A DNA stretch of 64,000 bases, taken from the IMG/VR virus record IMGVR_UViG_3300042558_005646; one strand, written 5' to 3'. Position numbers and translations under genes: made by a program. The notes under the pieces were generated by a model. The model saw only the letters and a program-made list of their open reading frames with translations. It ran no database searches and was not told where the DNA came from. The DNA is from a virus. Of this stretch, positions 47,653-56,939 are shown piece by piece. Within the stretch, counting starts at the first letter, position 1, and every line of letters begins with the position of its first letter.

Positions 47653-50364
47653 ATGTGGTACTCAAAAATTATCGAATCTGCAACAGCCTGGGACGTTTTA
47701 TCTACTAAAGAAGTTTTGTGGGCTGGCTCTTTCTCTAGAACTTTCAAAGATTTTTCATTTTACGATCCAAATGAAAACCCTACTATGACTGCTATGCTCA
47801 AGTTTATAGGAGATATAGAAAAGGGCAGAACTGGTGATTCAATTATTGATAAATATCTTGAGAAAGCGAAAAATGACGGCAGTACTTTGTCTGACATTTC
47901 AATTTTTTCTTATAATTTATCAAAATTTATTGATAATGAAATGAAAAAACAAGGAAGTTCTGCTAATACAGATATGATGAAAGTATTAGACTTTCTTGGC
48001 AAACTCAATGAATATATAAAATCAAGAGGCGGAAATGGCATAGAACTTGGTGATAGAATTCCAGATATTGACAAAGTAAAATCATCTGTCAATAGCACTC
48101 TTGGTATGGGATTTACCACATTAAATTTACTCTTGAAAAAAGGCACGAGTATGAATGAGGCACTAGCTATGTTTATCATTCGTGGAGATGATGTTAACTT
48201 ACTAGGATATCCTCTTTCTCAACAAAGAAACTTGCTTGTTTATCAACTTCTTGAAGCCAGACCAGAATTAGAATATTTTCAAAATCAAGAAAATGTTGTA
48301 AATTTAATTAGACGTGGAGAGGGAAAATTCTATTTTCCAAACATCAAAGAATACATTTTTTCAGGTATTACCGAAAGCAAAATTTTAGAAATTGTTTTTG
48401 AGTTATTATTGAAAGATTTTGATCAAGTAGATGTTGCAAGTATGCTTCACTATCTTCCAAACAAAACTCAAATTAACGTAGCTGTAAAAATCGATGAATA
48501 CCCACAGTACGATAGATTTTGCCAAAATATAGCAGAAAAGTTATACTCAAGTATCGGTGAGTATGATTTTGATCAAGATGTTTTATTAATAAGAAAACTT
48601 AAATCTTTCAAAAAATTTATGGATCTTATTGATAGTAAAGGTGATCAATGCTCTCCTTTATTTATAATCAAGGGAATTGCAAAACCACAAGTTATTATAA
48701 ATTATTTAGATAAAAATCCAGAAGATTATGAAAAATTTGATGTTAATTTATTAGACAGCCTTGGCAGTGAAATTAAAAACCAAATTCAACAAAAAGGCAA
48801 AGCTGCAAAAGCCAGAATTCAATCTGATGGTTTTGCTCTTTTAGAAAAAGCACAACAAGAAGGAGTTATAAAAATAATTAAAGCTTCTGACACTGCTTTT
48901 AATTATGCTTACGGAAAAGGACCAAAAAGAGACCCAGCACCACAAGGTATGTCTGAAAGCGAACAAAGACAAAAAGAAAAGTCTGATGAAATATTTTCAA
49001 AGTTCCAACAGTCATATGAAGATCGTATGCAACAAGAAGCTCCATTTGCTGGCGTAAGTACTGAAGATATAAGTAAATATGCTGATCAAATGGTGATTGT
49101 AGAATTTAGCACTTATAGCTTAAAGAATTTTATGCGAGAAAATAATGTGCCTAAATTAAAAATAGGTCCTGTAGATTTTACTGATGAGAAATGGGGTGGA
49201 TTATTTGTACCTAAATTTCCAACAAAAGATATGGGTCCACGTCCAGCAATTATTATCAAAACAGATATATGGTCTCAATTAGCTTTTCATAGAAAATTAG
49301 CTGAAAATATTGGAATGGATGCTAATCATTATCTTGAAGCCACTAAAAGACACGAAGTAGCTCACGCATTACAGTATCTTCAATCTGGAGATTTGATGAT
49401 GGAAGATTCTGTAGCTTTAAATCCAGAATTGACTCCTGAAGAAGCTTACATATCTGATCCTTCTGAACTATATGCAAGAATTCACGGAGATATACCTTAT
49501 CTGGCTAGAATCTTTGATGCTCATATTGGAAAATTGATGGCAGATCCAAAAATCTATCAAGCTGCCAAAGAACAATGGATTCTAGATATCCAGGATGAAA
49601 TGATTCACTTGATGTCAGGTGGAACAAATGCTAAAAGATTACTTGAAGATATGGAGACTGGTAGATTTGGAACTTACACCTCATCTACAGGACAAACAAT
49701 TACATTAACTGATCCTCTTGAAGTAATTAATAAAAAATTACAGCGTCAAAGAAACAGATTGGAAATGATTTTTCACGAGACTTTTCAAATTCAAGGAAGA
49801 CGTGATTATAGAAGAGGGTTGATTGGTAAGAAAAATCAATTAGCTCAACAAATTGAATCTACCCCTATTTATTCTTCTGAAAGAACCAAACTCGAAAAAG
49901 AATTAAAAGAAGTTGAAACAAATTTAGTTGAATCAGGGAGAATGCTTATCTTTGATGTGAAAGATGTATCTGAGGCTGTAGTTGAGGGATATTTAGCAGA
50001 TTACTATAGCAAAATTGCGAAAGCTGTAGCAGATGGCTTACTTACAACAGATACAATTAATCCTCAAGGCGAAGATCAAAGAGTAGAAAATCAGCAATTA
50101 CGTGAAGAAGCTAAAAAACAAGAACCACCAACAGCACAAGACATTAAACAACACGCAAGATTTCAAATTCAACAAACAGAGCCTATCCCGAGTGGCAGAA
50201 AGATTGACGTTATTATTCCAAGATATAAAGGTACTGGAAGACCACCTGGCAATTTTCCAGGCTTTGATGATGCAGAAAAAGATGATCAACAAGTTGATAT
50301 TACTATAGAAAGAAAAGAAGACAAAATTGCTAGCGTTTTCAATTACAGAAAATTAATCAAATAA
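47653..50364 (+). CDS. Large protein with MWYS leader and zincin metallopeptidase domain
   Basis: RHEVAHALQ (HExxH, nt 49351-49365) followed by YISDPSELYARI; C-terminal KIASVFNYRK. Confidence 0.65.
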   Translation: MWYSKIIESATAWDVLSTKEVLWAGSFSRTFKDFSFYDPNENPTMTAMLKFIGDIEKGRTGDSIIDKYLEKAKNDGSTLSDISIFSYNLSKFIDNEMKKQGSSANTDMMKVLDFLGKLNEYIKSRGGNGIELGDRIPDIDKVKSSVNSTLGMGFTTLNLLLKKGTSMNEALAMFIIRGDDVNLLGYPLSQQRNLLVYQLLEARPELEYFQNQENVVNLIRRGEGKFYFPNIKEYIFSGITESKILEIVFELLLKDFDQVDVASMLHYLPNKTQINVAVKIDEYPQYDRFCQNIAEKLYSSIGEYDFDQDVLLIRKLKSFKKFMDLIDSKGDQCSPLFIIKGIAKPQVIINYLDKNPEDYEKFDVNLLDSLGSEIKNQIQQKGKAAKARIQSDGFALLEKAQQEGVIKIIKASDTAFNYAYGKGPKRDPAPQGMSESEQRQKEKSDEIFSKFQQSYEDRMQQEAPFAGVSTEDISKYADQMVIVEFSTYSLKNFMRENNVPKLKIGPVDFTDEKWGGLFVPKFPTKDMGPRPAIIIKTDIWSQLAFHRKLAENIGMDANHYLEATKRHEVAHALQYLQSGDLMMEDSVALNPELTPEEAYISDPSELYARIHGDIPYLARIFDAHIGKLMADPKIYQAAKEQWILDIQDEMIHLMSGGTNAKRLLEDMETGRFGTYTSSTGQTITLTDPLEVINKKLQRQRNRLEMIFHETFQIQGRRDYRRGLIGKKNQLAQQIESTPIYSSERTKLEKELKEVETNLVESGRMLIFDVKDVSEAVVEGYLADYYSKIAKAVADGLLTTDTINPQGEDQRVENQQLREEAKKQEPPTAQDIKQHARFQIQQTEPIPSGRKIDVIIPRYKGTGRPPGNFPGFDDAEKDDQQVDITIERKEDKIASVFNYRKLIK

Positions 50365-50919
50365 GAAATCTTCACCAAGAATTAGTTTCATTTGTTCAAG
50401 GGCTTTTGATAATCTTTTTGAAAAAGCCCCTTGAGTAATACCTAGAGTTTCAGCACATTCTTTTTGATCTAATCCATCGAAGAAATAGACTTGGATTACT
50501 TCCTTGCTTTTTTCACTCAATTGATCCATAGCTTGATGTATACAAATTACATTGTCAATCTTATTAAATGGATCTTCATATTCTTCAGGAAAATAATCAT
50601 CATCTGAAATTTCTTCTTTTGGGAAATATTTATCAGCGGTATATCTGAATAAATTTATGTCTATTCTTGTTGATAAGAAATAAGAAAAATAAGATAACTT
50701 TGGATCATATTGGTCGATTAATTTCTTGAGAACAAATATAGAATCACTTAAAATATCTTCTCTATGCGAAGAAAGCCGAGATTCTTTTTGAACAATTCTT
50801 TTAACTGATGAAATAAAGAGAGGTTTATAGAATTCATATAATTCAAAAAGTGCTTCTTCATTTCCAGCTTTGTATTTATGTAAAAGCTGGTTGATCTCAT
50901 CGTAATTATTCTCGGCCAT
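50353..50919 (-). CDS. RNA polymerase sigma-70 family factor (regions 2 and 4 only)
   Basis: KYKAGNEEALFELY, DQYDPKLSYFSYFL, LSEKSKEVIQVYFFDGLDQKECAETLGITQ HTH. Confidence 0.85.
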   Translation of the reverse strand: MAENNYDEINQLLHKYKAGNEEALFELYEFYKPLFISSVKRIVQKESRLSSHREDILSDSIFVLKKLIDQYDPKLSYFSYFLSTRIDINLFRYTADKYFPKEEISDDDYFPEEYEDPFNKIDNVICIHQAMDQLSEKSKEVIQVYFFDGLDQKECAETLGITQGAFSKRLSKALEQMKLILGEDFLFD

Positions 50920-50925
50920 ACAGAG

Positions 50926-50931
50926 ATTATA
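50926..50931 (-). promoter_or_regulatory. -10 hexamer TATAAT 6 nt before sigma ATG 50919
   Basis: Leaderless-type spacing; overlaps holA stop. Confidence 0.45.
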
Positions 50932-51928
50932 CAGAGGTGAGTTTTGAAATTAGAATGGGAACTGAATGATTGACTGAACCATTTGAGCGTAAATCAATAA
51001 TACTATCAACAAGCAAAGTAATCATTTTCGAGTATTGCGCTGGGCTGTACATATTATCTTTGCTCGATTGGATACGAATTCTTATGGGATTTTGAACTTT
51101 CACTGTGAAAGTAGGCTCTTTGTATTCATCACTTAAATACTTGCCCAGCAAATCCCGTAATTCAACTTTTTCTTGAACTTCAGTAAAGTGGTGATATTTC
51201 TTATTAGTCTCTGATATAACAAGCATAAAGTTTAATTGACTTAATAAGACAAGTAAGAATCCTTGCTCTCCCATAGAATCAATAAGAAGATCTATTTTTG
51301 TCAAGCAATAATCCAAATTCTTATTCATCAGTTGTTCGATAAATTCGAATATGTCGCATTCTTCATTGAAAGACGCATTTTGGATGTCACGCAGAAATAT
51401 TTTGTCTGTGTAAGAAATTATCTTTTCTAATTCCTTGAAAAGAATATCAATGTCATAGCAGATAATTTCTTTCTTACTGCCTGATTGCTTAGACTTGATA
51501 CGCAATACAGGGCAGACCTCAACAAGATGATTCAAAGTCTCACCATTGATGTTTGCGTTGTTTTTTAACACATAATTATTTATATGACGTTTGAGTGCAT
51601 TGAAATCTCCGACAAGTGGATAACTACAATCAAAAATCAAGTTATTCTTCTTGGCTTTTGCTATAAGAGACAATCTTCCATCAAAACTATCATCTTCATA
51701 CAAAATGACGTGATTGCTGCCTAATTTCTCACTCTTTTCTTGAATAAGCTTGATATCTTCATTAGAAATATTTGTATGAATATATACATTTTTATTATCA
51801 AAGAATTTAGAATAATTATTAATTATCTTTTCAACATTGTTATCAATAAGAAGAATAAGACCAGGGAATTCTTCCTTGATCTTATTCAATGCTAGAGTTG
51901 TTGATCCGTAATAAATTCTTGGAAACAT
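50927..51928 (-). CDS. holA: DNA polymerase III delta-like clamp loader subunit
   Basis: Degenerate AAA+ N-terminus, ELEKIISY, IFEFIEQL collar; adjacent to dnaN and near dnaX. Confidence 0.6.
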   Translation of the reverse strand: MFPRIYYGSTTLALNKIKEEFPGLILLIDNNVEKIINNYSKFFDNKNVYIHTNISNEDIKLIQEKSEKLGSNHVILYEDDSFDGRLSLIAKAKKNNLIFDCSYPLVGDFNALKRHINNYVLKNNANINGETLNHLVEVCPVLRIKSKQSGSKKEIICYDIDILFKELEKIISYTDKIFLRDIQNASFNEECDIFEFIEQLMNKNLDYCLTKIDLLIDSMGEQGFLLVLLSQLNFMLVISETNKKYHHFTEVQEKVELRDLLGKYLSDEYKEPTFTVKVQNPIRIRIQSSKDNMYSPAQYSKMITLLVDSIIDLRSNGSVNHSVPILISKLTSV

Positions 51929-51929
51929 A

Positions 51930-53027
51930 TTAATCCATTGGGAAAAGAATGTGCTTAAAGTTTTCAGCTTCGAGCATCAATAAAATAAAATCATTATGCT
52001 TTATAAAATTAAGTTTTAATTTCTTGCTATCGAGCAAATCCAAAACTCTTATCAAATGAGAAGAAACATAAGATACAGATAAAATTTCATAATTTTCAAC
52101 TTCAATGGTATCTACAACAGCATTTTTTTCATTACTTGTTGCTGATATCACGATCTTGTTGATGTCAAGAGTTAAGTTTATCATATGAGAATTTGTAATA
52201 TTGGATACAAACTTAACACTCTTTACCAATGCATCTTTTTCTAAATCGAGTGAAAGAAAAAATTGATCACTGAAAAATTGATTGAAGTTTGAAAAGATCT
52301 TCTCGTAAGTATTTTTCTCAAGATTGCAAGATAATTCTCCACCATTCCAGGTCAAATAAATTTTGCTATTATAAAGAGAGAAAACGATGCCAGGTATTTT
52401 TTCAATATAATAAAGAACTACATCTGAAATTGTTTTGGAAATCAGATAAGATTGTTGTAATTCATATTTTTTACCAAACACGCTAATTCTATGCTTGTCT
52501 GAAGATTGAGTGTTTATTTTTCCATCTTCTATAAACCAAAGAATAGAAGTGTAAGGATGTTCATCAAAATCAGGTGCGCAAGAAAATGAAGTCATTTTTA
52601 TACTGTGAACAAAATCATCTGCTGTAATATCTAGCGTTTCTAAATCTTGAGAAAAACTAACAATAAAATTATCAACAGGAACGGTAGCCAAAGATACTCT
52701 AGTTTTCTTGTTTCCAAAGATGAGTAAATTGTCGGCAGGGCTATAAATAAATTGAACTTCTTCTGTTGGAAAGTTATTTAAAGCATTGAAAAAAGAAGAC
52801 ACGTCTAAGCCAAATGTTCCATCTTCTGTAGGTTGAACATTTGTAAGTAAAAACTTTGAACAACAGAAATTGTTTTCTGTCTGTACGTAAAGCTTCCCAT
52901 CAATTGAATGAAAAATAAGACTACTTGATGCAGCTTTATTTTCACGCATAGATAGCTTCGATTTTTCGATTTTATTAAGTAAGGCAAAACAAACGAGATG
53001 TTCTGCCTTATTCAACTTAAATTTCAA
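51930..53027 (-). CDS. dnaN: DNA polymerase III beta sliding clamp
   Basis: About 365 aa three-domain pattern, TQSSDKHRIS (ATDGHRL equivalent), C-terminal HILFPM; TTG start overlaps purA TGA. Confidence 0.75.
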   Translation of the reverse strand: MKFKLNKAEHLVCFALLNKIEKSKLSMRENKAASSSLIFHSIDGKLYVQTENNFCCSKFLLTNVQPTEDGTFGLDVSSFFNALNNFPTEEVQFIYSPADNLLIFGNKKTRVSLATVPVDNFIVSFSQDLETLDITADDFVHSIKMTSFSCAPDFDEHPYTSILWFIEDGKINTQSSDKHRISVFGKKYELQQSYLISKTISDVVLYYIEKIPGIVFSLYNSKIYLTWNGGELSCNLEKNTYEKIFSNFNQFFSDQFFLSLDLEKDALVKSVKFVSNITNSHMINLTLDINKIVISATSNEKNAVVDTIEVENYEILSVSYVSSHLIRVLDLLDSKKLKLNFIKHNDFILLMLEAENFKHILFPMD

Positions 53028-54019
53028 TGCAGTTGTCCTTGAAATTGGATAAATACACCAGGAAGAACCATTCCAACTTCTTTCCAAATATTAGAAACAA
53101 ATGTATCTTCATTTGCACAAGAAATCAACATATTATTTTCGTAATAATTCCAAGCGCTGTCAACTTGTCGAAGAACATCCATTTTGTTGATAATAAGCTT
53201 TGTAACACCATTCATTTGACAAGCAGTTATGACTTCTTGGATATTTAGCCAGTCGATTTGTCTTGGTCGTCCGGTTGTGGCTCCATACTCTTGACCAATT
53301 TCTCTGAGTTGTTCAAATCGCTCGTCATCTTTTTGGTATCCTTTAGCTCCAACATAGGTAGAATAACACTTGATAACCCCGACAACATCCCGTACTTGCT
53401 TATAATTGAAACCATTGTTTAATACTGCTCCTACTCCAGTGTTTGATGAAGTGACATAAGGATAATCACCAAAGTCAATATCAAGCCAATATCCTTGAGC
53501 ACCTTCAGCTAAAAATTTCTTGGGTGAAGAATGAATAAGGCTGTGCATATCAACAAGATATGGTGCCAATTCTGGAACATCTTTAGCACGAAGACCTGTG
53601 CGACCAACTTTGTCTTTATAACAAGGGCCATTTCCAGTGCGAGTTGTTCCAATAGTTGTATCTTTGGAATCTTCGTCAATATGTTCTTGGGTAATTATGT
53701 GTGCGTTTTCTGCAATCTTTAAAAGCGATGTATTGAATCCAAGTCCTTCAAGATACGCAAGTTCGTCAAATAATTTTTGCGTATTGATAACACAACCATT
53801 ACCAATGACACTAGGAATGCCATGCAGAACGCCACAAGGAACAAGATGCGTAACAATTTTCTCTCCATTGATGTAAATTGTATGACCAGCATTTCCTCCA
53901 CCGTTAAAACGGACAACGTAGTCATATTCACCTGATGCAGCCATTTGATTGGCTATTTTGCCCTTGCCTTCATCACCATACTGCATACCGATAACTACAT
54001 CAACAATTGAAGTTTCCAT
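53024..54019 (-). CDS. purA: Adenylosuccinate synthetase (short form)
   Basis: GMQYGDEGKG, GGNAGHT, IGTT, EGAQG, YPYVTSS, GATTGRPR, NKMD; start ATG 54019. Confidence 0.9.
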   Translation of the reverse strand: METSIVDVVIGMQYGDEGKGKIANQMAASGEYDYVVRFNGGGNAGHTIYINGEKIVTHLVPCGVLHGIPSVIGNGCVINTQKLFDELAYLEGLGFNTSLLKIAENAHIITQEHIDEDSKDTTIGTTRTGNGPCYKDKVGRTGLRAKDVPELAPYLVDMHSLIHSSPKKFLAEGAQGYWLDIDFGDYPYVTSSNTGVGAVLNNGFNYKQVRDVVGVIKCYSTYVGAKGYQKDDERFEQLREIGQEYGATTGRPRQIDWLNIQEVITACQMNGVTKLIINKMDVLRQVDSAWNYYENNMLISCANEDTFVSNIWKEVGMVLPGVFIQFQGQLH

Positions 54020-54025
54020 ATGCAC

Positions 54026-54054
54026 ATTCTACTTCATTGTAGAGATGCAAGCAA
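54026..54054 (-). promoter_or_regulatory. Sigma-70-type promoter TTGCTT-N17-TAGAAT, 6 nt before purA ATG
   Basis: Both hexamers at canonical spacing; no SD. Confidence 0.65.
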
Positions 54055-54055
54055 G

Positions 54056-54679
54056 TTATAATTCTATGTCTTTTTCTTCGTCAAAAAACTCTCTATCATC
54101 AATACCATTTACAACAACATCAACGTGTGTATCTGGGAATTTTTGTCGAACTTTTTCCATTGCTTCTTCTTTGCTGTAATCTTCAAGGGTCAAATTTGAA
54201 GTGAAAACTACATCGTGAGAAATTTCTTCGGCATCTTCTTCCTCACCATATAAATTTTCTAATCCAGGGATAGAAAGCTGATCTGTTAAGAGTTTGCCCT
54301 CTTTGTCAGAACCTTTTGATAATGATTTTAATGATAAAGGATCTAAAAAGAAAAATTTCCATACTCCACTTTCAGGAAATAAAATAATTTGAGGATAAAT
54401 TGCAAAATGTCTTCTTGTTCCTTTGGATCTTTCAACAAGTTGTTCCATAGGATCTTTTGATGGATCTACAGTGAACTTTTCATCTCCAAGAACCTCTACA
54501 ATATCTCTGCCTTGTTTTCTTGCTTTAGTTAATGCAAAATCAGAATATGTCTCTGGATTTCTATACACAGTATCAAAGTCTAAATCTGATTGATCTATTG
54601 CAACTTTGGTAAATTTGTCAGCAAGTTTGAAGCATCCTAAATTGTCTAGGATAGAAGCAGTGCGAAGAAAATTTATCAT
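54056..54679 (-). CDS. Hypothetical protein with LDxxG...ADK...KVA leader (putative virion cargo)
   Basis: MINFLRTASILDNLGCFKLADKFTKVA; leader matches 42407..42865. Confidence 0.55.
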   Translation of the reverse strand: MINFLRTASILDNLGCFKLADKFTKVAIDQSDLDFDTVYRNPETYSDFALTKARKQGRDIVEVLGDEKFTVDPSKDPMEQLVERSKGTRRHFAIYPQIILFPESGVWKFFFLDPLSLKSLSKGSDKEGKLLTDQLSIPGLENLYGEEEDAEEISHDVVFTSNLTLEDYSKEEAMEKVRQKFPDTHVDVVVNGIDDREFFDEEKDIEL

Positions 54680-55383
54680 AACTTACTTTTTGGCACTTTA
54701 TGAGTAGCATCCTTCTTCTCATCATCTTTGAATTGAGTATAAACTTCAGATGCTTTTTTTCTAATTCTTGTAAGTGCATTGTCAACACATTTGGCTGGAA
54801 CACTTAGTGTTTGTGAAATTTCTTTATATGAAGAATTGTGGCCATACTCAACAAATATATCTGCCTCTAATGGCGTAAGCTTGTCCATCAATAGTTCTGA
54901 GTTTAATTCTAGTTCTTCTCTAACAATAAGATCTTCTACTAAATTTACTTCTGGAGATTCATCATAAGGATTTTTCTTATCAGGGATATAGTCTCCCAAA
55001 GAATGGAAATTACCATCGTCATTTAAAATAAAAGGAGCGTCAAGCGAAATAGAATCATTCAAAGCTGAATTCTTCATTCTTTTCGCTGACGCTATAGCTG
55101 TTGCAAGATGTCTTTTACAAACTAAATTTACGCAAAAGTTCTTAAATGTTGTATCTTTAGTACAATCGTAGGAATTTACCGCTTTAAATACACCTAATCT
55201 CAATTCTTGCATTACATCTTCTCTGTCTCCACCGACTATGAAAAAGTGTGGTGCAATCTTTTTGAGATCTGGTTCTACCATCTTGAGCAGTTTTTTAAAG
55301 GCTGCTTCATTACCTGCTTTTGCTCTATTGACTATTCTTACTATTCTGAAATCTTCGGTTGCCATCAAAACTCCCGAAGGCAT
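54676..55383 (-). CDS. sigH: SigH-like RNA polymerase sigma factor
   Basis: FFIVGGDREDVMQE, TTFKNF, SISLDAP, SYKEIS, VDNALTRIRKK closely parallel Bacillus SigH YFLIGADREDIVQE...SYQEIS...IDNALQRVKRK. Confidence 0.85.
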   Translation of the reverse strand: MPSGVLMATEDFRIVRIVNRAKAGNEAAFKKLLKMVEPDLKKIAPHFFIVGGDREDVMQELRLGVFKAVNSYDCTKDTTFKNFCVNLVCKRHLATAIASAKRMKNSALNDSISLDAPFILNDDGNFHSLGDYIPDKKNPYDESPEVNLVEDLIVREELELNSELLMDKLTPLEADIFVEYGHNSSYKEISQTLSVPAKCVDNALTRIRKKASEVYTQFKDDEKKDATHKVPKSKL

Positions 55384-55388
55384 AATTC

Positions 55389-55394
55389 ATTATA
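55389..55394 (-). promoter_or_regulatory. -10 hexamer TATAAT 5 nt before sigH-like ATG
   Basis: No SD; AAAGG lies 16 nt upstream of the hexamer. Confidence 0.45.
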
Positions 55395-55405
55395 AAAACT
55401 TCTTT

Positions 55406-56467
55406 TTACGCCTTTTCCCTATTTGCGTACTTTTCTATAATTTTGAGGATACCTGTAGTTGCAACAATATCCTCAGAGACAGTTTGCCTTATATCTTTTG
55501 AAATGTTATACAATTGTTCTGCGATATCTATAAGCAACAAAGTATCAACAGACTTGGCTATTTCTTCTATATCAGGGACTCTTTCACCCTTTTTTGTCTT
55601 TATTACAACATATCTGAATGCTGTTATGAAGATTTGAGATGTTTCAAGTAATAAATTACCTAAGTTTCTTCCCTCTGCATTGGAAGCTTGAATTATTCTA
55701 AAAGCATTGGCAAAATCTTCATTGATAACACAAAAAGAAAGATCAATTGCTAATTGTTTTGGTGATCTATCAAGCAACTCTCTAATGTTTTCTTCTGATA
55801 TATCACTCATAGAAGCTTGTTCAAGAATAGAAAGAGCAGTTCTAGCACTTCCTTCAGCATCAGTTGCAATAAGATTCAAGGCTTCTTCGTCATAAACAAG
55901 ATTTTCTTTCTCACAAACTTCTTCTAATAATTGAACAAGATTTTGCTTGGTCAATTTCTTCATAAGAAAAGTCTGACAACGAGTATGTATTGCACGAAGA
56001 ATTTTATGTGGGTCAGTTGTGCAAAAGAAAAACTTTACATACGCTGGTGGTTCTTCAGTAAGCTTAATTAGAGATGTTTGCGCTTGAGTGGTAAGCATTT
56101 GAGCTTCATCAAGAATAAAAATCTTGTACTTACCCAAAGTTGGAGCAAGACGAGATAGTTGAACTACATTTTCTCGAATATGATCAACACCATTATTTAC
56201 AGCGCAATTAATTTCATAAACATCAGGATGCTCATCACTCAACACCATATCCTTCAAATCATCTTGATCGTCATTACAAAGAAGATGAGCTGAAGCAACA
56301 CGGGCAAGAGTTGTCTTACCAGTGCCAGGAGGACCAGCTAAGATGTAAGCATGAGTAGTCCTTTTATTCTGAATCTGTGTTTCAAGAATTTCAGCAGATT
56401 TACTACCCTTGATATCCTTAAATGTTCTAGGGCGATATTTATTGTAATAGCTTTGACTAATCATCAT
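55406..56467 (-). CDS. dnaX: DNA polymerase III gamma/tau clamp-loader subunit (gamma-length)
   Basis: YRPRTFKDI, HAYILAGPPGTGKT, NGVDHIR, ILDEAQML, EEPP, TRCQ, GSAR. Confidence 0.9.
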   Translation of the reverse strand: MMISQSYYNKYRPRTFKDIKGSKSAEILETQIQNKRTTHAYILAGPPGTGKTTLARVASAHLLCNDDQDDLKDMVLSDEHPDVYEINCAVNNGVDHIRENVVQLSRLAPTLGKYKIFILDEAQMLTTQAQTSLIKLTEEPPAYVKFFFCTTDPHKILRAIHTRCQTFLMKKLTKQNLVQLLEEVCEKENLVYDEEALNLIATDAEGSARTALSILEQASMSDISEENIRELLDRSPKQLAIDLSFCVINEDFANAFRIIQASNAEGRNLGNLLLETSQIFITAFRYVVIKTKKGERVPDIEEIAKSVDTLLLIDIAEQLYNISKDIRQTVSEDIVATTGILKIIEKYANREKA

Positions 56468-56939
56468 CTTCCATTGGTAAAATTAAAGGTAAAGCGTGAG
56501 TGCCATCCAACAATGAAGGCAATCCATCTTTCAATATCCAGTATGGACCATATCCGGCTCTAACAAAGTATTCTGTAATAAAGCCAAAATCCTGTACATC
56601 GAATGAACGAATTTTACCATCTTGTGAAGGACTTATAGAGTACAAGCAACGGAAAATAATCCATTCTTTTTTTGACTGCTCTAATTCTTCCCAGAGATCA
56701 GACCAGACTCCAAGGCAATAAACTTTACCATTGCCAAGAGATTGTAAAATTCCCCTAGCCCAAGATTGAGTTAACCCCGACATAATATATGGCGGGGCAT
56801 TCTTTCCTTTATATCCATCCATTTCAACAAAGTGAACTAAATCTAAGTTTACATATCCTATAAATGGATAATATTTAGAAATAAGTTTTTCTGCAATTTC
56901 TTTGCATTCAATAGATTCAATAAATTCTGGATCACTCAT
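56457..56939 (-). CDS. Phage metallopeptidase-like protein with degenerate HExxH
   Basis: W..L...KEWIIFRCLYSI...KIRSFDVQDF matches the layout of the ...LIDHELxH...HDVEEF family. Confidence 0.5.
   Translation of the reverse strand: MSDPEFIESIECKEIAEKLISKYYPFIGYVNLDLVHFVEMDGYKGKNAPPYIMSGLTQSWARGILQSLGNGKVYCLGVWSDLWEELEQSKKEWIIFRCLYSISPSQDGKIRSFDVQDFGFITEYFVRAGYGPYWILKDGLPSLLDGTHALPLILPMEDDD

Noticed and set aside
53024-54019. PurZ / 2-aminoadenine (Z) genome
   Set aside because: The P-loop keeps the catalytic Asp (YGDEGKG, not Ser) and the aspartate loop is PurA-type GATTGRPR, so it reads as PurA
55406-56467. dnaX gamma/tau programmed frameshift
   Set aside because: The gene ends at gamma length and the sigH-like gene follows within 23 nt, leaving no tau extension
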